A stretch of DNA of 64,000 bases. It comes from Octopus bimaculoides (taxonomy: Eukaryota). The stretch is from assembly GCF_001194135.2 (NCBI RefSeq), contig NC_068984.1, positions 126,843,517 to 126,907,516 of the forward strand, given 5' to 3'. A program made the position numbers and the translations under genes. Below, piece by piece: positions 12,421 to 25,440 of this stretch (the first letter of the stretch is position 1; every line of letters starts with the position of its first letter). The notes beneath the pieces were generated by a model that worked only from the letters and a program-made list of their open reading frames with translations, was not told where the DNA came from and did no database searches.

Positions 12421-13059
12421 ACAAATAATAGATAAATACAAATTGAGAGGGGGTATTATTTTCAATCCTTAGCATAGAATCATCATCGTGCATTATCTGT
12501 GTCTCTGTCTCCATCCCTATTCCCATTCCCACCACCACCACCACTCCTGCCACTACCAACACTATCTCTCCAGTGTGCACTATACGGCTTCTATCGATCA
12601 CTGAATACCTCTGTTACCGCCACTTCTCCAATCACTCTAGTTCGATTTCATCACGCGCCTCTAGTAGCAAATTTTTTCTCTGGCACCACTTTTGGTCGTC
12701 TACTGCATCCCACACTGCTAAACAAACACTGTAGTACTGTTACTACACCATGCCCGACTTCTATTACATCACCACTTCAGTACTACCACACAAATGCTTC
12801 ATCGCCAATAGACTTCAGGTACACTAATACACAACCACCAAAACCATAACCATCGCTATATCACCACTCAGCATTGCTGAACTACTACCATACCTCTACT
12901 ATCACAGTACTACTCTTCTAGTTCACCACAACAACTAACACTACATCAGAATACACTTCTAACACAGAGCAGCTACACAGCCACAACAATGTGACTACTA
13001 TATTTCTACTACGACTCCACTACACCGCTTATACATATATAATACACTACATTTATGAT

Positions 13060-14618
13060 ACACCACAACACCGACACTGACACTACGCCATCACACCTAC
13101 ACTGACACTAAACCATCACACCTAAACTGATGCAATACCACAACACCTACACTGACACCACACTACCACTTTTACACTGACACTACACCACAACACCTAC
13201 ACTGACACTACACCACAATACCTACACTGACACTACACCACCACACCTACACTGATACTATACCACCACACCTGCACTAACACTACACTGCCAAACCTAC
13301 ACTGAAACTACACCACAACACCACNNNNNNNNNNNNNNNNNNNNNNNNNNNNNNNNNNNNNNNNNNNNNNNNNNNNNNNNNNNNNNNNNNNNNNNNNNNN
13401 NNNNNNNNNNNNNNNNNNNNNNNNNNNNNNNNNNNNNNNNNNNNNNNNNNNNNNNNNNNNNNNNNNNNNNNNNNNNNNNNNNNNNNNNNNNNNNNNNNNN
13501 NNNNNNNNNNNNNNNNNNNNNNNNNNNNNNNNNNNNNNNNNNNNNNNNNNNNNNNNNNNNNNNNNNNNNNNNNNNNNNNNNNNNNNNNNNNNNNNNNNNN
13601 NNNNNNNNNNNNNNNNNNNNNNNNNNNNNNNNNNNNNNNNNNNNNNNNNNNNNNNNNNNNNNNNNNNNNNNNNNNNNNNNNNNNNNNNNNNNNNNNNNNN
13701 NNNNNNNNNNNNNNNNNNNNNNNNNNNNNNNNNNNNNNNNNNNNNNNNNNNNNNNNNNNNNNNNNNNNNNNNNNNNNNNNNNNNNNNNNNNNNNNNNNNN
13801 NNNNNNNNNNNNNNNNNNNNNNNNNNNNNNNNNNNNNNNNNNNNNNNNNNNNNNNNNNNNNNNNNNNNNNNNNNNNNNNNNNNNNNNNNNNNNNNNNNNN
13901 NNNNNNNNNNNNNNNNNNNNNNNNNNNNNNNNNNNNNNNNNNNNNNNNNNNNNNNCACTACACTGCAACACTTACACTAAACCATCACAACTACACTGAC
14001 ACTAGACTACAATACCTACACTGACATTACACTGCCAAACCTACACTGACACTACACTGCAATACCTACACTCATACTACACTTCCACAACTACACTGAC
14101 ACTACACCACATCACCTATTGACACTACACTACTTAATTTACACTGACACTACACTGCATCACCTAGACTGACACTTCACCACTACACCTGCACTAACAC
14201 TACACTACCACACCTACACAGACACTACACTGCACTTCCACAACTACACTAACACTACACCATAACACCTACACTTACACTACACAACCAAACCTATACT
14301 AAACCACAACACCTACACAGACACTACACCACAACACCTACACTGACATTGCACCACCACACCTACACTAACTCACCTATATTCACACTACACCATCACA
14401 CCTACACTGACACAACATCTCCACACCTACACTGACACTGCATCACCACACCTACACTACACCATCACGCCTACACTGACACCACACCACACTTTGTACA
14501 CTGATACTACACCACCATACCTACACTGACACAACACTGCATAGCTACACTGATGCTATACCACAATACCTACACTGACACTAAACCACCACAACTACAC
14601 TGACACTAGACTAACAGT
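13060..14618. repeat. 25-bp minisatellite, unit CTACACTGACACTACACCACAACAC, split by a 631-N gap and ending in another gap
   Basis: Consecutive units at 13197-13221 and 13222-13246; dozens of degenerate units either side of the gap. Confidence 0.9.
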
Positions 14619-15468
14619 NNNNNNNNNNNNNNNNNNNNNNNNNNNNNNNNNNNNNNNNNNNNNNNNNNNNNNNNNNNNNNNNNNNNNNNNNNNNNNNNNN
14701 NNNNNNNNNNNNNNNNNNNNNNNNNNNNNNNNNNNNNNNNNNNNNNNNNNNNNNNNNNNNNNNNNNNNNNNNNNNNNNNNNNNNNNNNNNNNNNNNNNNN
14801 NNNNNNNNNNNNNNNNNNNNNNNNNNNNNNNNNNNNNNNNNNNNNNNNNNNNNNNNNNNNNNNNNNNNNNNNNNNNNNNNNNNNNNNNNNNNNNNNNNNN
14901 NNNNNNNNNNNNNNNNNNNNNNNNNNNNNNNNNNNNNNNNNNNNNNNNNNNNNNNNNNNNNNNNNNNNNNNNNNNNNNNNNNNNNNNNNNNNNNNNNNNN
15001 NNNNNNNNNNNNNNNNNNNNNNNNNNNNNNNNNNNNNNNNNNNNNNNNNNNNNNNNNNNNNNNNNNNNNNNNNNNNNNNNNNNNNNNNNNNNNNNNNNNN
15101 NNNNNNNNNNNNNNNNNNNNNNNNNNNNNNNNNNNNNNNNNNNNNNNNNNNNNNNNNNNNNNNNNNNNNNNNNNNNNNNNNNNNNNNNNNNNNNNNNNNN
15201 NNNNNNNNNNNNNNNNNNNNNNNNNNNNNNNNNNNNNNNNNNNNNNNNNNNNNNNNNNNNNNNNNNNNNNNNNNNNNNNNNNNNNNNNNNNNNNNNNNNN
15301 NNNNNNNNNNNNNNNNNNNNNNNNNNNNNNNNNTCTCACACACACACACAAACTTTGTTTTATAAATTAAGATATATAAATTGTGTGTATTTTCCTTTTT
15401 ATTATATATATTTTCACCGCGTGGGGAAAATCTCTTCAACGAAATTCTTTTTTACTATATGTGTATTT

Positions 15469-15508
<40 letters not shown>

Positions 15509-16136
15509 ATTTGCGCTTCCGTAACCTCGCGGTTTGACAAAAGTGACCGATAGAATAAATATCAGGTTTAGCAAAAAATAATTTGTAGGGTCGATTCATT
15601 CGATTAAAAAATTCTTCAAGGCGGTGCCCCAGAATGGCCGCAGTCTAATTAGTGAAACTAGTAAAAGATAGAGAATAAAAGACAGATATGTGAAAGAGAG
15701 AGAGAGAGGGGGGAGTGGAGAGATTGAAGGAAAGAGACATTACAATTGATTAATTAAACTTGGCTGACATGAACTTTTCCTCTCCTCATATGCATAAAGA
15801 GATATATGCTCACATATATAAACAGAGGAAAAGAGATGGGGTAGAGAGAAAGGGGGCGGAGAATGAGAGAAATGTCAATACAGCTGATGTTAAATGAATC
15901 AGCGTTGAATCAGTGACGTCAAATAAGCAGCACCAAAACGGCTGAGCCAAAACGTTTCATACCCTAGCAATGTAAACAACTTGTGTCGCCAAAGATAGTT
16001 TAAGCGCGGGGAGTGAAGCGACATCCACTACATGAACGTGGCTATTAATTGGTTTGGCAATCAACCGTAGCAATGTTTTTTGGGTTAGTTTGCAGCTGAG
16101 TAGAGAAGATTAAAGACAAATTTCAAATTTAAATAT

Positions 16137-16174
<38 letters not shown>

Positions 16175-17089
16175 GACACACATGTGTGCAACAACCTTTG
16201 GCATCGGTTACAGCTGGTCCAAGCAGTAGCTTTACTCCACTTTTCAGCTATGCTCATGATTGATCTCTCAAATGTTTGTACGAGAAGCCCCGCCACAGAA
16301 ACCAAGAATGTATGAAGTGGTATCTGCTTGCATGGATTTCTTATTTTTTTTCTTTGCCATCTCAACTGGAGAGCTGTAATTATTTTCTGTTCCACTACGA
16401 AAACATCCCTGTTGATTGCTGTCTTCCAAGCCGTTCCATCATTAGTATCACACCCTTATTTTCGCATAACTTGTACCGCCCTATCTACTTACACACATGT
16501 ACAGAGTGTTGAACGCACACATACATACATACATACATACATACATATGCATTTATCTTTGAATAGACGCTAAGCCATTTAACAAACAGTAATAGAAACT
16601 CGGGGAAGTCGTGTACGTTTCAATCATTATAAATTAAATAAATATTGCCATAAACAAAGTCTGATAAGAGAAAAGATAGGCCAAGGATGATCGACAAATA
16701 CCTAAAGTTATTAACTGCTGAACGCGAAGAGAAACTACGGAAAGAACAGAGCAAAATAGATAACTAAATAAATAAATAATTAGAAAATAAAAATAAAAAG
16801 GTTCAGAATTAGCCTTTGAAGCTTATTGTTGTTAGACTATCCTAGATTCACAAGCGTTTGAAAATTCTTTAGCTAATGGAAAAGAATAGCTGCTTAGCAA
16901 TGATCAATATAACACTAAATCAGAGAAGAGAAACAGCACAAAGAGTCAAGTACTACATATATCTATGAACCAGTCTTCTACCGTACACTTAGAAATCATG
17001 AACAACATACAACCAAAACTCTTAAAGTTTCTTTGAATACTACACATCACAGCTCAGATGTTTTTTTTTTCCATGGTGAGCTCATGAGC

Positions 17090-17470
17090 CCGCATATATA
17101 AAATTTTCAAAACTGCATCACAAAGACTGGGGTTCCTTTATAGATCTAGGATATACTTTAGTTCTGATTAAGTTACGGATTGCTTATAAAGCTCAAATAA
17201 AACCCACAATGGATTTCTACTCCCATATAGAGGACAGCGTTTCTGCTACGCATATAAAAGACTCTAAACAGCATCTAATAATTCGACTGAATGGCAAAAA
17301 TTCGTCAAGTAACACACTTTCACCTCTTGCTCACAGATACGCTCTTTCCAATTTCTGCCTCTTCTGTCACAACTATAAAGTTTTCCGCTCCTCTTAACAA
17401 ATCTATTTATTCTCGCCACCCAAACCTATGAGACCTAATCATCTTTCCCCCTCCTTCCATCATAGATACG
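17090..17470 (+). mobile_element. Jockey/L2/CR1-group LINE, RT C-terminal remnant
   Basis: KTASQRLGFLYRSRIYFSS / AYKAQIKPTMDFYSHI..IIRL..TLSPLAHRYALSNFCLF resembles LYKAQIRPxMEYCSHIW..LxxRR....LCLFY. Confidence 0.7.
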
Positions 17471-17600
17471 GGAAGGAAATTTGTGTCGGGGATACAAACC
17501 CTAGACCAGAAATTTTTACAAACAAGGTCGGTTTTTTTTCAATCTTAATATGAAAACAAACACAAGTATAATAATAATCATTATTAAATTTATACATCAA

Positions 17601-17818
17601 AACGGCGAGGTAGCAGAATTATTAGCACGCAGGGAAAAATGCTTTACGGCATTTCGTTCGTCTTTACGTTCTGAGTTCAAATTCCGCCGAGTCCGACTTT
17701 GCCTTTCATCCTTTCTGGGTCGATAAAATACGTACGAGTTGAACACTGGGGTCGATGTAATCAACTTACCTCCACCCCATGAAATTGCTTGCCTTGTGCC
17801 AAAATTTGAAATCATTAC
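17601..17818 (+). mobile_element. SINE family C, full length, 13-bp TSD (1 mismatch)
   Basis: Head AA(GG)CGGCGAG(C)TGGCAGAA..GAGTTCAAATTCCGCCGAG; centre GCCTTTCATCCTTTC.GGGTCGATAAAA. TSD ATTTATACATCAA (17588) / ATTTATATATCAA (17819). Further C copies: 3880-4020, 7827-8152 (two), 25550-25650(-), 29880-30075(-), 35775-35985(-), 52185-52270(-). Confidence 0.88.
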
Positions 17819-17879
17819 ATTTATATATCAATCAAATCGAATAAAAATAATGAAAAAGTAGTGTTCCAAACCAGTCCAA

Positions 17880-18340
17880 AAATGTTTCTACACTCGTTCC
17901 TTTTGGCGATTAATGTTTTCAAGAGGATGTTCAAAGCGTTTTCATTGCCCTTCCCGAGCCTTTGTTTCACTTCCTAAACCCTACACTAAGCCCTTTCGTT
18001 GTTTTCTCTTCCCAAGAAAAGCAATTCTTAGGGATTCCCATCCCAGCCAAGTTTTCCATGCAGACAACAACCTATAAACTGTGTCAATTTCGCACACAAA
18101 ACACTACATTATACTATGCATCGAGGAGGTGAGAGTGCGACAGTTGCTGTTCTTCTGGACTTGTTAATGTGTATCCCATTACGGTGTTTGGGGCCCGTGA
18201 AACCACTGATGCCGTGGATATTTCTGTTGTTATGTGTTCCTTATGATTGTCTAGTCGGAGTGAGAGAGATATTAACTTTAAGGTGTTCTCGTTGTTCTGT
18301 GTGCTGTTACATGTGTCTGAGTATTTGAAGGTAGGGATCA
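17880..18340 (-). mobile_element. Possible very old RTE-type AP-endonuclease remnant
   Basis: Weak by-eye motifs KLISLSLRLDNHKEHIT..AP and LGKGNENALNILL; not decisive. Confidence 0.3.
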
Positions 18341-20284
18341 TTCATGTATTAGCAAAGAATGTGAGGTTTGAAGCTTGGCGGCCTCTACAAGTGATGCATC
18401 ATGAAGTTTTGATCACCCAGTGAAGTAACTAAACAGAACATACCTTCGACTATAGCATGTCACACTATGCAGTTTTTCAACCCTCAAATGCTATTCAACA
18501 GTCTTAAAAATGCTATTCAACAGTCTTAAAAAGGGCTAAATATACAGGATAAGTATAAATATATTGTTTTTGTGGGAAAATGAATACCAAATCACACAAA
18601 ACGTGTAAACAACTCCAGAATATATGAACTTCAAAACAAAACGTTAAAAATATATACAATGCAAACAACAACCACTACAACATAATGACGCATCCGTCCG
18701 TATTAGTTGTCTGTGCGAGGTTTTTGTTTACATCACTTCAGAAATGAAAACCTTTAAGCTCAGCCCACGGTAACGTTCAACAGAAATCGCTTTGTTTTAC
18801 AATTTATCAGTGGCAGATAGACTGTTTACAAAAAGTGTTGCTAGAAAACCTACCGGTTTGATGGATGTTATTAACGATCGATAACTAACATAAATGGGAA
18901 CTCAAGCTCTGGACATTGAATGTGTATCGTTAACTACAGTTATTTTCCAGGAACAATTAGGAGCGATGGCAATCGATTAAAATAAACGGGACAAACTACC
19001 AAATTGGATTAAGCTTCTGTAACCTTCTCTAAAACATAATAAAACGAATATAGAGAAGAAACAAAGCTCCAGACACTTAAATGTTATTTTAATTAAGTGT
19101 AATTATTAAGTGATTCCTGTAGTTTTGGAGGGTTTCAAAGCAATCTAATGAAGCAGACAGGTTCTATTCAGCTAGAAACATGATCAATACAGATCAATGC
19201 ATTACCATATTGTGTCATCTCACAGTTAAGGAAATAAGGATGTTGAGGATCAAATGGGGAGAAAATATCATCGTGACATTCTGAAAAAGAACTTAATACT
19301 AATTAAATATATTCAGTGTGATTTCGGGACAACAGGATGAACTGAGCAATAACTATGTGGAGAATTAGTCACTCTGCAACTTCTACTGTTTTTTAATAAC
19401 AATAAAAAATAAATAAATAAATAAAATGGTGATGCTCCAGCATGGTCGCAGTCTAATGACTGGAACAAGTAAAAGAATACTGTTTGAGTCCTAGTTTTCC
19501 TGTTTACACCACCAAACCTATATCTATGTATGTACATCAGTCCGTATTTACATGTGCATCGTTGAGAAGTCGAGAGACTGTCACTGTTAACTGTCGGCTC
19601 AAGAAGTAGAAGATTGAACCGGTAGATCGGTCCGGAGGAAAGAGAGGCAAGGAAAGGTTCGTGAATATCTAACGACCTCCTTCCCGCCGCATCCACTCAC
19701 CCACTAAAAAGAGAAGAAAAAAAAAAGGAAAACTCCGCAGCCCTTTGAATTTTGAGAGGCGCTTCTGTTTTGTTCTACTCTGCAAAATTTCCCTTGGAGG
19801 CCCCGTTTTTCTATTCCAATGTAGGAGGTCATACGGAAGTCAGAAGCCACTTCCTTTCTGTATACTACCAGACCATGAGTCAACAACTGAGTTTTTATGT
19901 GGTCATGCAACCTTCTAGAAATAATAACTACGTCTTCCTCATACGTCATTCTATCATTTTAGAAAAGGCTTTGTGGATATCACGGTTCTTGGTACATTGT
20001 GTAAGGGAAAAATTGTGGATGGAGGTCGTCACGGTTTGAATGTTTTTCATGATAGGTTTATATAGATCAGGTTTGACATGGAGGTAAATATCATTATCAT
20101 AAACAATAGCCAAAGCAACAACAACACTAATATAGTAGACCCCCCCATAATAAAATAAAGCAAAAGACAGCGACGTCAGTTGCGAATATATAAATAAAAT
20201 AAACTAGAAGTTTCTCTATGTTACTATTTTGATTAAGTATCTTCGAAAATTTCGCTTCTGGGTTCCATTTAAAAAAAATAATCT

Positions 20285-21355
20285 AACATCTCAACCTTTC
20301 TCGTTTTCCGGAGCCTCTATGTTTCTTGCAAAGACGAATAAAAACTTACGTGACCTTTTCATTAAAAAATATCTAGTCCTCAGCCACATCTAACCTGGGA
20401 CTTCCGCTTACTTCTGCTCCCGACGCTACACTTTCTCTTCATCTTCCACACCACACCTCCATGCGGCCACAATAATATATCGACCTATCAAATTATTTTG
20501 ACTGCATGTCTTTCAATCAGAATGCATTTCTTCCGATATTATATACTTTATAGTACGCTATGTCTGAAGTTTATTATATATATATATATATAGTCTAGGT
20601 AGTCAGTTGAGCGCTCACTTCCCGTAACAGCTACACGATATCCGAAACAACACTCCAGGAGTTCTCAAACCGGAGCTTGTCGATCCTCTGATTACTTCGT
20701 CTGTGTACTTTTTTATCACTATGAGATTAGTAAGATCCGACAATTAAGGAAGTAACACCTCATTTTCAACCTGAGAACCTCAGTTTCCCTCAGTACAAAC
20801 ATCCATCTTAAGTACGTCGTATTTTACCCCTGCCCCAACTCACTTCAAATTTCCTCCCCACACCCCGGTTTCCTCTTCCAAACTTGCCAGCTTCTCCGTT
20901 ATTTATCTGTGAGTCCATTTACAAGTTTTTAATACCTATAAATCTTTATTTGCAGTTTCGCATGTTGATGTGTTTGTATGTACAACGGTGTATGTGCGTA
21001 CATGGGTGCAACATGTACGCTTTTAATATTGTGTATGTGTGTGTGTGTGCATTGATATGTTGTGTACGTGAGTAGGTTACTGTTTGTATAAGCGTTGACC
21101 TTACCATTACCCTGTCTACGTCCAATTCTATTTTAAAAGACTTTTAACCACTATCCAGTTACCCACTCCCTGCTTAATATCTTTTCCCTTATTTCCTCTC
21201 ACACCACTTCCTTTTCATCCTACTCCTTCACTCCACACAATGCCCCACACTTCCACTTCCCTGTTTCTGTCCTCTTCATTCACTGCCACCAGCAAGGGCA
21301 TCAATATCTTTTTCAATATCCGCTGAAGGGCAAAAACCCGAAACATCAAACTTAC
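20285..21355 (+). mobile_element. Penelope-like element, decayed GIY-YIG endonuclease + 3' terminal region
   Basis: KNLRDLFIK (20340), FDCMSFN, HDIRNNTPG (20634), IRQLRK*HLIFNLRT (20756). The YIG motif position is replaced by a (TA)n. Terminal motif CTGAAGGGCAAAAACCCGAAACATC at 21323. Confidence 0.7.
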
Positions 21356-21903
21356 CTCCCCTCGTGTTAATCAAATGTATCGATGCCTTCCTCACACTAA
21401 TTATGAAGTTCTATCATTTAGTGCCCCAAAATTATACGAGAAGCATTCTATTTTTGCCTCTCTAAATGTTTTATTTTCCCCATTAAAAAGTTTGAACATT
21501 TCCTTAATGACTAATGAAAATTGAACCAAGAAATTTGCTTGCTTCAGGGTATAATTTTATTAGTTCTCGAATTTCAGTTTTTCATAATCTAGATTTGCCA
21601 AGGTAACGCAAATGAAAGAGGAAAGGGAAATTTCTCTAATTTGCCAAGCAACATGATAATTCTCCGTTTTATTTTCACATATATTTTTTGTAGTGTTGGG
21701 ATTTAGCTTCTATCTCCAGCAGGCTTGAGTGACTGTTGTTTTCATGTGAATCGGAATTTTGCTCATACATATTTTGCATCGATATATTAGTTGCAAGCTC
21801 TTTATGTAATTATAACTCTTGTTTGCATCATATATATAAATTTAAGGATGAAACTCCTATTTTAAACATTTTTTAACGGTTAGTTATTTGAGTTATATTG
21901 TTA

Positions 21904-22302
21904 TCTATATATATATATATATAAATGAGAATGTTTGTCTGTGTGTATGTGTGTGTGTGTGTGTGTGTGTCTGTCTGTCTGTGTGAATCTCTAAAACTCC
22001 AGAACTATACAACCAATTTCATTCAAATTTTACACATGCCTTACTTAGGGTCCCGGTTGTGTTTTAGTCAAAACAATTTTTAACTTCTTGCATAGTTCGA
22101 GCCCACAGCAACATAATATCTCCTCCACTATTTAAGTATTACGTGTCAAAAGTGAAACAAAACACTCATGTCAAATACTTTCACTTTCAAAATGAAACTT
22201 TTCCATTATTTCAGTATCAAAACTGAAACAATCACATATCGATCATCAGTTTCACGAAATCTGCCCCAAAGCGTAAAATTTCGCCATTTTACGCACATGC
22301 AT
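21904..22302 (+). mobile_element. Helitron-like non-autonomous element, 5' part (runs into gap)
   Basis: A|TCTATATATA..AAATGAGAATG then (GTCT)n; about 250 bp are nearly identical to 28505-28757. The 3' CTAG end was not identified. Confidence 0.6.
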
Positions 22303-22540
22303 ANNNNNNNNNNNNNNNNNNNNNNNNNNNNNNNNNNNNNNNNNNNNNNNNNNNNNNNNNNNNNNNNNNNNNNNNNNNNNNNNNNNNNNNNNNNNNNNNN
22401 NNNNNNNNNNNNNNNNNNNNNNNNNNNNNNNNNNNNNNNNNNNNNNNNNNNNNNNNNNNNNATATATATATATATAAATTAAGTAACTTCAAGGTAATTA
22501 TTTGAAAGTATTAAGCAGTCGATGATTATAACATACCAGA

Positions 22541-22758
22541 GCCCTTTCTACTATAAGCACAAAGCCTGAAAGGGTGAGGGGTAGGAGACTAGTCGATTGC
22601 ATTGACCTCAGTGCTTCAGTAGTACATATTTTATCAACCCCGAAAAGATAAATATAAAGTCGACCTCAGCGGAATTTGAACTCAGTACGTAAAAACTGAC
22701 GAAATGCAGCTAAGCATTTTGTAAGGTGGGCTAACGGTTCTGCCAACTCACCGCCTTA
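22541..22758 (-). mobile_element. SINE family C with degenerate ~12-16-bp TSD
   Basis: Reverse complement of the C consensus. Flanks ATTATAACATACCAGA (22525) / ATCATAACATACAAGA (22759). Confidence 0.8.
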
Positions 22759-22859
22759 ATCATAACATACAAGAATACAAACATGAGTAATATCTTGTAG
22801 ATTGTGTATCAGGATAATAAAAGATTTGCTTATGGTAAAGATCATAAGTAAACCAATGT

Positions 22860-23152
22860 GAATGCGTGTGACTTAGTGGTTAAAATATTTGGCTCACTAT
22901 AGTAAGGTGAATTCCCAGCGGCCGCTTTGTCTTTGAGCAACGCACTTTATTTCACGTTGCTCCAGTCCACTCAGCTGGCAAACAAAAGGCCAGATTCGTC
23001 ACATTCTGTATCACGCTGAATCTCCCTAAGAACTACGGTAAGGACACAAGTGACTGTAGGATGCTCAGCCGCTTGCACGTTAATTCCACGAGTAGTCTGT
23101 TCCGTTGGTCAGATAAACTGGAACCCTCGTCGTCGTAACCGACGGAGTGCCA
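22860..23152 (+). mobile_element. Older B-related SINE (different head/centre, same 3' half)
   Basis: TTGAGCAA..CACTTTATTTCACGTTGCTCCAGTCCACTCAGCTGG centre. The 3' half GAACTACG..GGAACCCTCGTCGTCGTAACCGACGGAGTGCCA is shared with family B. Confidence 0.75.
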
Positions 23153-24049
23153 GTTTATAACAACCAGTTCTTAATAGACTGAGTATTTCTCATCTATTGC
23201 AAATGAAAAGTGAAATGGTATATCAATAGCTTAAGAATATTGTAAAGAATATTTTGGCAGAGCCACATATTTCCGGATTTTGGCATAAAATAAAAATCGA
23301 GCATTTTGTGAGGGAATGGCATCAGGAAATTCAAGACAAGAATTTTATCCTGAGCCACCAGAATGGCGATATAGAGCTGGACAGCAAGCAGATAAAAATG
23401 GATTATTTTAAGGTAATTAAAAACATTACGTTCTCTATGATGGGAGAATATTAATATTTCATCATTGCAACATGTATAAAGGATATTAATCCTTTGGAAA
23501 GGTCGATATCAACATTGAGAAGACGGTGAAATGATTTATCGTTGATATGTATAGTCACAAAGTCTCACATCAAACAGATATTAGAGTGACATTAGAGAAC
23601 GGCAAACTTTGACAACAAATATAGACACGACCGTTTATAAAAAGCAGTGAAGAGAATTGATATTGGATATCTCCACGGAGAAATATTACAAATTAGAGTA
23701 TACAGAGAAATATTATCTATAACGATGAGAAGACTACAGAGATATAAAATAAAAATAAAATCAAAATCGTCATTGGAACTCTTATGAGACAAGTAACCTG
23801 ACATCGTCCTTAAACACGAATGAAATAAAACAGCGATTAATATAACATTTTCTGTTTACAAATACACAAACAAAGCTGTCCAAATACAAATATATGGAGA
23901 CAGAGATAGCTTTAAAAAATATTGTTAAATGGCGCAATTATTGTCGTTTAGTTGCAAGTTCACCGATGGAGCAGACCTTACGACAATGAGGTTCCAATCG
24001 TGAAATTCCTGTTGTTTTCTATATTTAGGATTACATTATCTAATATATC

Positions 24050-24267
24050 TTCTTTTATTTTCTCCAACTTGTTTCAGTCAATGAACTGCGGCCATGCTGA
24101 GGCACTACCTTGAAAGTTTTAGGTAAATACATACCAGTTAAATTTTTCCTTTTTTTATTTGGTACTCAGTCTATCGATCTATTTTGCCGGATCGTTAAAT
24201 TATAGGAAAGTAAGCAAATCAACACCAGTTGTCAAACGGTGAGGTGGAGAAGAAACATAGACACAAA

Positions 24268-24360
<93 letters not shown>

Positions 24361-24532
24361 TCACACATATACAACGGGTTTCCACATAGTTTCCGTTTAA
24401 CAAATTCACTCACAAAGTATTGGTTGGCCTGTAGCTTTAGCAAAAGACACTTGCTCCAGGTACTGCACGCAGTGGGACTGAAGCAGAAACCTTGTGGTTG
24501 TAAAGCAAGCTTCTTAACTATACAACCATGAC
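24050..24532 (-). mobile_element. SINE family A (minus strand) with long (CA)n core
   Basis: Reverse complement of the A head (24400-24530) and A tail (24065-24115), with (CA)n at 24268-24360. Confidence 0.75.
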
Positions 24533-24906
24533 CGAGACAGATTTGAGGGAAAGTAGGCATTCCGTCCAGCGTGCTAACGATTTTGCCAGCTCCCCACCTT
24601 GCAATTAACCAAGATTAATGGCAGCAACGTATTATTCCCACACCTTTCAAAACCCACCTGACATGCAAAATTCTCTCTAAAGAGTACTTATCTTATAAAA
24701 TCTGTAGTATATTGCACCGATGTTCTCATTGATAATAACCTCACATCCAAAATTTAATGTGATGTCAAATGTTATGTTAATATGATTGCATGCATTTTGT
24801 GTACCTGCATGTGATTGTATCTATTTAGGATGGCTATTAGTTTAATGTAACAGCTTGCCTTTTCAGCTGTCTTCTGGACACGAATGATAAAGAAACTAAA
24901 CAAAAA

Positions 24907-25045
24907 AGGCGCAGGAGTAGCTATGTGGTAAGTAGCCTGCTTACCAACCACTGCGTGGCGCCTTGGGCAAGTGCCTTCTACTATAGCCTGGGGCCGACCA
25001 AAGCCTTGTAAGTGCATTTGGAAGACGGAAACTGAAAGAAGCTCG

Positions 25046-25078
<33 letters not shown>

Positions 25079-25195
25079 NNNNNNNNNNNNNNNNNNNNNN
25101 NNNNNNNNNNNNNNNNNNNNNNNNNNNNNNNNNNNNNNNNNNNNNNNNNNNNNNNNNNNNNNNNNNNNNNNNNNNNNNNNNNNNNNNNNNNNNNN

Positions 25196-25227
<32 letters not shown>

Positions 25228-25440
25228 TGTATGTTTGTGCGTCTGTCCCCCCATCATCGCTTGACAACCGATGCTGGTGTGTTTACGTCCCCGTAACTTA
25301 GCAGTTCGGCAAAAGAGACCAATAGAATAAGTACTATGCTTAGAAAGAATGAGTCCTGGGGTCGATATGTTCAACTAAATGCGGTGCTCCAGCATGGCCG
25401 CAGTCAAATGACTGAAACAAAAAAAAAACAAAAAAAGAAA
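24907..25440 (+). mobile_element. SINE family A with internal deletion in head; core contains an N-gap
   Basis: AGGCGCAGGAGTAGCTATGTGGTAAGTAGC..; tail GCGGTGCTCCAGCATGGCCGCAGTCAAATGACTGAAAC at 25381-25418. Confidence 0.85.

Noticed and set aside
13060-14618. Regular repeat array as CRISPR-like
   Set aside because: Eukaryotic tandem minisatellite with no unique spacers and no cas genes.
18486-18529. 22-bp tandem duplication, and ~120-bp duplication at 2628-2802
   Set aside because: Ordinary slippage duplications with no further structure.
20655-20672. CAGGAGTTCTCAAACC resembling a Charlie hAT TIR
   Set aside because: It lies in frame within the Penelope NNTPG motif, with no partner TIR or TSD.
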